From: Truepera sp.
GTDB lineage: Bacteria; Deinococcota; Deinococci; Deinococcales; Trueperaceae
Length of the DNA stretch: 64,000 nt
Direction of reading: 5' to 3'
Assembly (NCBI GenBank): GCA_965218435.1
Contig: CBDCKW010000009.1
Coordinates: 96,001 to 160,000, forward strand
The notes below the pieces were generated by a model. The model searched no databases. It saw only the letters and a program-made list of their open reading frames with translations, and was not told where the DNA came from. Positions within the stretch are counted from its first letter, which is position 1, and each line of letters opens with the position of its first letter. The position numbers were made by a program, and so were the translations under genes. Positions 58,672-64,000 of the stretch are shown here, one piece after another.

Positions 58672-58902
58672 ATGACCCGTGTCACTATTCATGAAGCTAA
58701 AACTCAACTTTCCAAGCTCATCAAACAGGCGCTGGAAGGCGAAGAAATTATTATTTCTCGGGGTAAAGAACCATTAGTCAAACTCGTCCCGTTACCGGAA
58801 CAGCGCAAAGCACGCCGAATCGGTGGGGCAAGAGGACTTATCGAATACATGGTTGAGGATTTTGACGGGCCTTTAGAGGTGTTCAAGGACTATCAACCGT
58901 GA
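58672..58902 (+). CDS. Phd/YefM antitoxin
   Basis: IHEAKTQLSKLI..GEEIIISR; TTGACT-N17-TAAGCT ends 6 nt before the ATG. Confidence 0.92.
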   Translation: MTRVTIHEAKTQLSKLIKQALEGEEIIISRGKEPLVKLVPLPEQRKARRIGGARGLIEYMVEDFDGPLEVFKDYQP

Positions 58903-59285
58903 AGGTGTTGCTCGATACCCACGCGTTTTTATGGCTTATCCAGGGGGATAAACGTGTGAGTAGGGAGGCCGAAGCTATCTTTTTAGAGCGCGACAACGAG
59001 CTGTTTTTTAGTGCGGCGAGCTACTGGGAAATCTGTATCAAGCAGAGCTTGGGCAAGTTAGGGTTGACATTCGGCTGGCAGGAAATCCTGGACACCGAGC
59101 TGGCAGTCAACAGCATCAACTGGCTTGACATCAAAAAGGCGCACTATCAGGGCCTTTTGCACCTCCCGCAGCATCACGGTGATCCCTTTGACAGACTTCT
59201 GATTTCGCAAGCCGTAGCTGAAAATATGGTGCTGCTGAGTGCGGACGCCAACATCGGGAAGTACAGCGTAAAGACAGTTTGGTGA
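58899..59285 (+). CDS. VapC/PIN toxin
   Basis: LLDTHAFLW, WEICIK, HGDPFDRLLISQA. Confidence 0.92.
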   Translation: MKVLLDTHAFLWLIQGDKRVSREAEAIFLERDNELFFSAASYWEICIKQSLGKLGLTFGWQEILDTELAVNSINWLDIKKAHYQGLLHLPQHHGDPFDRLLISQAVAENMVLLSADANIGKYSVKTVW

Positions 59286-59449
59286 TTTTAGAGTAACCTG
59301 AAGAATCTGCGGCGTGTAAGCTCGAGTCCTTTTGCCGCCATCGTTACATCCGCGAGTTTTCGGTTGCTACTGAATAAACAACAACTACATTAAAGCTGTA
59401 AAAATTGTCTCGCTAGCACCCCAGTTCAGGGGTGCTTCATTATGCTGAT

Positions 59450-60067
59450 TTAAGAGCTTTCTAGTCGGGAAAACCCCGTTGGTTTTTCCAGCATAACGAG
59501 CGGAGAACCTATAAAGTTTATTCCTATTGCTTTCAGGTCTTGTTTAGTTTCACTGATTGGCTTAATAAGGCAACGAACTTCTAGCGCAAACTCGCTCCTT
59601 ATGCTGGAAAACTGATCTAGGATTGATGCGTAGTTATAAGAGAAATAACTTGATGAGGCTAGGAGAACAAAGCTTACAGAACTTCCTTTTAGAGAAAAAT
59701 ACTTCCCAATCTCTTGTCCTGTGATCTCATTGCCTCTTCGACTAGTGCTCCTGATTGTGCGAGCTTCAAGGCGACCATCTAACCAAAACAGTTGCGAGTT
59801 ATCTGCTGGACGTTGTTCGAGAGCGGGATATTGCTCGAGTTGATGCTGCAAATCTCTATACATAGCCCTTGTTGTCAATTTATATTGTCTTGTTTCTGTA
59901 GCTTGGATACCCGCATTAACGAAGCCAATATTGACACCTCCGCCGCTACCCTGAGTTTTCGAGATGGTTGTTGGCACGCCTAAATCGCCTGTTGTATCGT
60001 ACAGGTCAGCGATAAACTCGATGTCAAGATAGATAAGCTCATACTCACTTGAGCGTCTTTCAAGCAT
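59450..60067 (-). CDS. Hypothetical protein, AT-rich
   Basis: 205 aa ORF with AAGGA upstream, in visibly low-GC DNA. Confidence 0.7.
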   Translation of the reverse strand: MLERRSSEYELIYLDIEFIADLYDTTGDLGVPTTISKTQGSGGGVNIGFVNAGIQATETRQYKLTTRAMYRDLQHQLEQYPALEQRPADNSQLFWLDGRLEARTIRSTSRRGNEITGQEIGKYFSLKGSSVSFVLLASSSYFSYNYASILDQFSSIRSEFALEVRCLIKPISETKQDLKAIGINFIGSPLVMLEKPTGFSRLESS

Positions 60068-60106
60068 ATAAGTCCTTTCAAATCATAAGCATTTTTTTGC
60101 TTGAAA

Positions 60107-62980
60107 TTATGCAGCGACCTCTTCTCTCAAGGGCGTCACCACCTTCCGCAAAAACCGCCCCGTATGACTCCCGGCCACCGCCGCAACCTCTTCCGGTGTC
60201 CCCTGCGCCACCAAGAGCCCGCCGCCGTCGCCCCCTTCCGGCCCGAGGTCAATTAGATAATCCGCCGTTTTGATTACGTCGAGGTTGTGCTCGATGACGA
60301 CGACGGTATTGCCCTGGTCAACGAGGCGGTGCAAGACTTCCAGGAGTTTCTGAATATCGGCAAAGTGCAGCCCGGTCGTGGGTTCGTCCAGGATGTAAAC
60401 GGTTTTACCGGTCGCACGTTTGGAGAGTTCTTTAGCCAACTTGATACGTTGCGCCTCACCGCCGGAGAAGGTCAGCGCGGACTGGCCGAGTTTGATGTAC
60501 TCGAGCCCCACGTCAAAAAGCGTCTGGAGTACCCGGTTGATCTTCGGGTGCGCTTCAAAAAACGTCAAAGCTTCCTGCACGTCCATATCTAAAACATCGG
60601 CAATCGTCTTACCTTTGTATTTCACCTGCAGCGTCTCACGGTTGTAGCGTTTGCCGCCGCAATCTTTGCAGGTGACCCACACGTCGGCTAAAAAGTGCAT
60701 CTCGATCTGAATTGAGCCGTGCCCACCGCACGTTTCGCAGCGGCCCCCCTTGACGTTAAACGAAAACCGCCCCTTGGGGTAGCCGCGTTTTTTGGCTTCG
60801 GGCAACAGCGCAAACACGTCGCGGATGTTGTCGAAAACGCCTGCGTAGGTCGCGGGGTTGCTGCGCGGGGTGCGGCCGATGGGGTCTTGGGTGATGTGGA
60901 TGATTTTGTCGAGGTCGTCCAGGCCGTCCAGTTTTTTGTACGGCCCTGGTGTCACGACCGCGCCGTTTAAGAGTCGTGCCAGCGCCGGGTAGAGTGTCCC
61001 CGTGACGAGGCTTGATTTGCCTGAACCGGACACGCCGGTCACGCACGTCAGGGTGCCGAGCGGCAAACGTGTGCTGACGTTCCGCAAATTGTTGAGGGCT
61101 GCGCCGGAAAGCTCGAGCCACCCCTTGCCCCGCCGTCTTTCAGGGTGCGGCGGTTGGATCACTAAGTCACCACTTAAATATTGTCCTGTTAAACTTTTTT
61201 TATTCTTGGCAAGCTGCTTCGGCGTTCCGGCTGCAACTAGCGCACCGCCTTTGACCCCGGCCCCCGGCCCCAAATCGAGGATGTAGTCGGCCCGCGCCAT
61301 CGTCTCCTCATCGTGTTCGACGACCAACACGGTGTTGCCCATATCGCGGAGGCGCTCCAAGGTTTGAATCAAAGCTTCGTTGTCGCGGGCGTGCAGGCCA
61401 ATCGAGGGTTCGTCCAAGATGTACAACACGCCCATCAGCCCCGAGCCGATCTGTGACGCTAAGCGGATACGCTGCCCTTCACCGCCTGACAGCGTTCCGG
61501 CTCTGCGTGCCAGCGTTAGGTAGTGCAACCCGACGTTGAGCATAAACCCGAGCCGTTCCCGAATCTCTTTGATGACCTCTTCGGCGACTTCGTTTTGGTG
61601 CGCGTCTAAGATTTCCGGCAACCGCGTAATCCACGCGTGCGCTTCGCCGATGCTGAGGGCGCTCAGGTCAGGCAGCGAGGTACCGCCGACCGTGACGCTT
61701 CGCCCTACCGGGGCCAGCCGCGCCCCACCGCAACTCTCGCACGGCAGCTCGCGCATGAACTGCTCGTACCATTCGCGGGTATCTTCACTTTGCGTTTCCT
61801 GGTACTGCTTTTTGACGTTGTACACGACGCCGTAGAGCGGGCGACGGCTCCGGCGCGTGTAGCCCTTAGCGGTGCGGTGCGTAAACTCGAGAGGTTTGCC
61901 CTTTGAACCGTGCAGCAGCGCGTTCCGGGCTGTTTCCGGGAGGTCTCGCCACGGCGTATCTAAGCTGAAGTCGTAGTGCCTTGCGATAGATTCAACTGTG
62001 GAAACCGTCCAGCCCTCTTTTTTCTTGAGTTCGCCGTAGTAGCGGAGCGCGCCGTCATTTAAGCTCAGCGTTTCGTCGGCCACGAGCAGCGCCGGGTCAA
62101 CGTCCATGCTTGAGCCCAATCCGTGACACGTCTCGCACATCCCGAGCGGCGAGTTAAACGAGAACATCTGCGTGCTCAGTTCGGGGAATGAGATGTCGCA
62201 GTGCGGGCAGGCGTTGTGTTCGCTCATCAGCTGGTCGGTGCCTTCGTAATTGGCCAACAGGAGGCCGTCGGCCGTTTTGAGCGTCGTTTCAACCGAATCG
62301 GTCAGGCGCGACAAAAAACCCTCGTCACTCAGTGCGTTCTCAGGGATAACGAGGCGGTCTACGACGATTTCGATGGTGTGTTTGTTCTTTTTCTCGAGCT
62401 TCAGCTCTTCATTCAAACTGACCGTATCGCCGTTGATTCGCGCACGGGCAAAGCCACTCGTCCGGGCATCGGCTAAAACCTCAACGTGCGTCCCTTTGCG
62501 GTTTCTAACGACCGGTGCGAGGAGCTGTAACTTCGTCCCGACCGGCAACCCTGCCAGTTGCTGCGCAATCTGTTCGGCACTTTGAGCAAAGACTTCGCGC
62601 CCGCAGTTTGGACAGTGTGGCGTCCCGATATTGGCGTACAAGACACGCAGGTAGTCCATCACTTCGGTGACAGTTGCCACCGTTGAACGCGGATTTTTAC
62701 TTACCGTTTTTTGTTCGATGGCAATGGCAGGGGAGAGGCCGCCGATATAATCTACTTTAGGTTTTTCCATCTGGCCTAAGAACTGCCGCGCATAGGCCGA
62801 CAAACTTTCGACGTAACGGCGCTGTCCCTCGGCGTAAATCGTGTCAAACGCCAGTGACGATTTGCCCGAACCCGACACGCCGGTAATCACCACGAGCTTG
62901 TCCCGAGGAATTGTCACATCAATGTTTTTAAGGTTGTGGTGCTTGGCACCCTTGACGGTTATGCGCGTTTCGGCCATCAT
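60107..62980 (-). CDS. uvrA: Excinuclease ABC subunit A
   Basis: Two GVSGSGKSS Walker A motifs, [11 protein letters not shown], zinc fingers, UvrB-binding region present. Confidence 0.97.
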   Translation of the reverse strand: MMAETRITVKGAKHHNLKNIDVTIPRDKLVVITGVSGSGKSSLAFDTIYAEGQRRYVESLSAYARQFLGQMEKPKVDYIGGLSPAIAIEQKTVSKNPRSTVATVTEVMDYLRVLYANIGTPHCPNCGREVFAQSAEQIAQQLAGLPVGTKLQLLAPVVRNRKGTHVEVLADARTSGFARARINGDTVSLNEELKLEKKNKHTIEIVVDRLVIPENALSDEGFLSRLTDSVETTLKTADGLLLANYEGTDQLMSEHNACPHCDISFPELSTQMFSFNSPLGMCETCHGLGSSMDVDPALLVADETLSLNDGALRYYGELKKKEGWTVSTVESIARHYDFSLDTPWRDLPETARNALLHGSKGKPLEFTHRTAKGYTRRSRRPLYGVVYNVKKQYQETQSEDTREWYEQFMRELPCESCGGARLAPVGRSVTVGGTSLPDLSALSIGEAHAWITRLPEILDAHQNEVAEEVIKEIRERLGFMLNVGLHYLTLARRAGTLSGGEGQRIRLASQIGSGLMGVLYILDEPSIGLHARDNEALIQTLERLRDMGNTVLVVEHDEETMARADYILDLGPGAGVKGGALVAAGTPKQLAKNKKSLTGQYLSGDLVIQPPHPERRRGKGWLELSGAALNNLRNVSTRLPLGTLTCVTGVSGSGKSSLVTGTLYPALARLLNGAVVTPGPYKKLDGLDDLDKIIHITQDPIGRTPRSNPATYAGVFDNIRDVFALLPEAKKRGYPKGRFSFNVKGGRCETCGGHGSIQIEMHFLADVWVTCKDCGGKRYNRETLQVKYKGKTIADVLDMDVQEALTFFEAHPKINRVLQTLFDVGLEYIKLGQSALTFSGGEAQRIKLAKELSKRATGKTVYILDEPTTGLHFADIQKLLEVLHRLVDQGNTVVVIEHNLDVIKTADYLIDLGPEGGDGGGLLVAQGTPEEVAAVAGSHTGRFLRKVVTPLREEVAA

Positions 62981-63062
62981 TCACCCTCCGGGGCACAGAA
63001 TCACGAAAATCCTACAACAAACTCGTGGCAGTATACCTTAATAACTAAGGGTTGCGGGTAGA

Positions 63063-63596
63063 TTAAACGGAAGTGTTTGCGGCGGCTCGAGCCAACACCT
63101 TGTCAGCCTCCTCCGGCGCGTAAAGCCGGTAGAGCGTCAGGTGAGGCGGCGCGTGAGCGAAAAGGATTTCGTACCGACGGCGCTGCCGCCAATGCGTCTT
63201 AAAAAAGAACAAAAAGATCGAGTTGCGGCTGAAAAACGCTTTTTGAAATGTTTCGGTGTTGTTACTCCAAAGCGTCTCACGCCTAAATGTGCGGCGACAG
63301 GTGCGCCCAAAGAGCTGCCAGAGTTTCGTGCCGAAACTGTAGTCGAGCCAGATCACCGTATCAGCTTGATGAAGTATCCGAGACTGTACTCGGTTGTTGT
63401 AATTACCGTCTACCACCCAGCGTTCAGCCTGCAGAGCTTTTTCAACCCGCGCTACAAAATCAGCAGCGGGCGTCCAATTAGCTTTCCAGTAAAGTGCGTC
63501 GAGTTCAATAAAAGCTGCGTCGAGTTTTGCGGCGAGTGCCTTACCTAACGTCGTTTTACCCGCGCCGGTGGTACCGATAATAACGACTCGCTGCAT
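63063..63596 (-). CDS. Adenylate-kinase-like P-loop protein (FlaR/topology modulation family)
   Basis: GTTGAGKT, ELDALYW, WVVDGNY. Confidence 0.85.
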   Translation of the reverse strand: MQRVVIIGTTGAGKTTLGKALAAKLDAAFIELDALYWKANWTPAADFVARVEKALQAERWVVDGNYNNRVQSRILHQADTVIWLDYSFGTKLWQLFGRTCRRTFRRETLWSNNTETFQKAFFSRNSIFLFFFKTHWRQRRRYEILFAHAPPHLTLYRLYAPEEADKVLARAAANTSV

Positions 63597-63615
63597 CAGA
63601 CTTTATAAAACACGG

Positions 63616-64000
63616 TTATAAAACGTAGATACCGGGCTCGAGCCCTACTCTCGCGTCCTCGGTTTCTCCGTCCCTCTTGGTATCCGTCTTCCAGGCATAG
63701 GCCATATGACGGCTGTTAAACCCGAAGCCTATTTTCCCGTCATGCGTCACGCAAATCAGGCCGCCGCTACCGTTAAAGTGTATAACTTCAGCCAAAGCGT
63801 CTTTAAGGACTTTTTCCAGGTCACCCCCGGTGCGGAGACGTTCCGCCACGCTTTTAGCCGTCACCGCCCGCATAAACGCCTCGCCTTTACCTGTACAAGA
63901 GACCGCGACGAAGCGGTCGGCGTAGGTGCCGATTCCGGGTAGCGGACTGTCCCCGACGCGTCCCGGCCACTTGCCGAGCATCCCGCCGGTACTCGTTACG
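63616..64000 (-). CDS. Isoaspartyl peptidase/L-asparaginase, 3' part (partial)
   Basis: TSTGGMLGKWPGRVGDSP, SCTGKGE, GGLI; continues past the window edge. Confidence 0.9.
   Translation of the reverse strand, partial: VTSTGGMLGKWPGRVGDSPLPGIGTYADRFVAVSCTGKGEAFMRAVTAKSVAERLRTGGDLEKVLKDALAEVIHFNGSGGLICVTHDGKIGFGFNSRHMAYAWKTDTKRDGETEDARVGLEPGIYVL

Noticed and set aside
62981..63060. Radiation-desiccation response motif (RDRM) upstream of uvrA
   Set aside because: Only a short CCTTA-N5-TAAGG inverted repeat next to TATACT; no convincing 17-bp RDRM match

Overview
Chromosomal window from a GC-rich bacterium, probably Deinococcota (Trueperaceae-like). This is inferred from the Thermus/Deinococcus-style pilins, many apparently leaderless genes and the ccm operon layout. 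Housekeeping content: a System I cytochrome c maturation operon (ccdA-ccmABCDEFGHI plus a Tat-type Rieske protein), tRNA-Lys/Glu/Val, thrB, nnr, lepA, scpB, pyrF, uvrA, two sugar ABC loci, a type IV pilin locus and many toxin-antitoxin genes or remnants. Four signals stand out. (1) A four-gene candidate defence system at 17.1-23.5 kb: unknown helical protein, two tandem BrxD/DUF2791-like ATPases (one with a Tudor-like N-terminus) and an Lhr-like helicase. It resembles Shango but has no TerB gene, and two of its spacers carry related non-coding elements. (2) A lipoprotein subtilase with three identical GRSRTWAG octapeptides, encoded by synonymously diverged codons, at the pro/catalytic junction. 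It is divergent from a TPR-HD-GYP-GGDEF protein and may form a peptide-to-c-di-GMP signalling pair. (3) One promoter architecture, NGTAAG-N5-NGT(A/C)AG-N11-TAnnnT, sits in front of both of those genes and both pilin transcription units, suggesting an unrecognised regulon. (4) The palindrome CTCGAG is strongly over-represented, like cyanobacterial HIP1. All family assignments are from motif recognition by eye; no searches were run.
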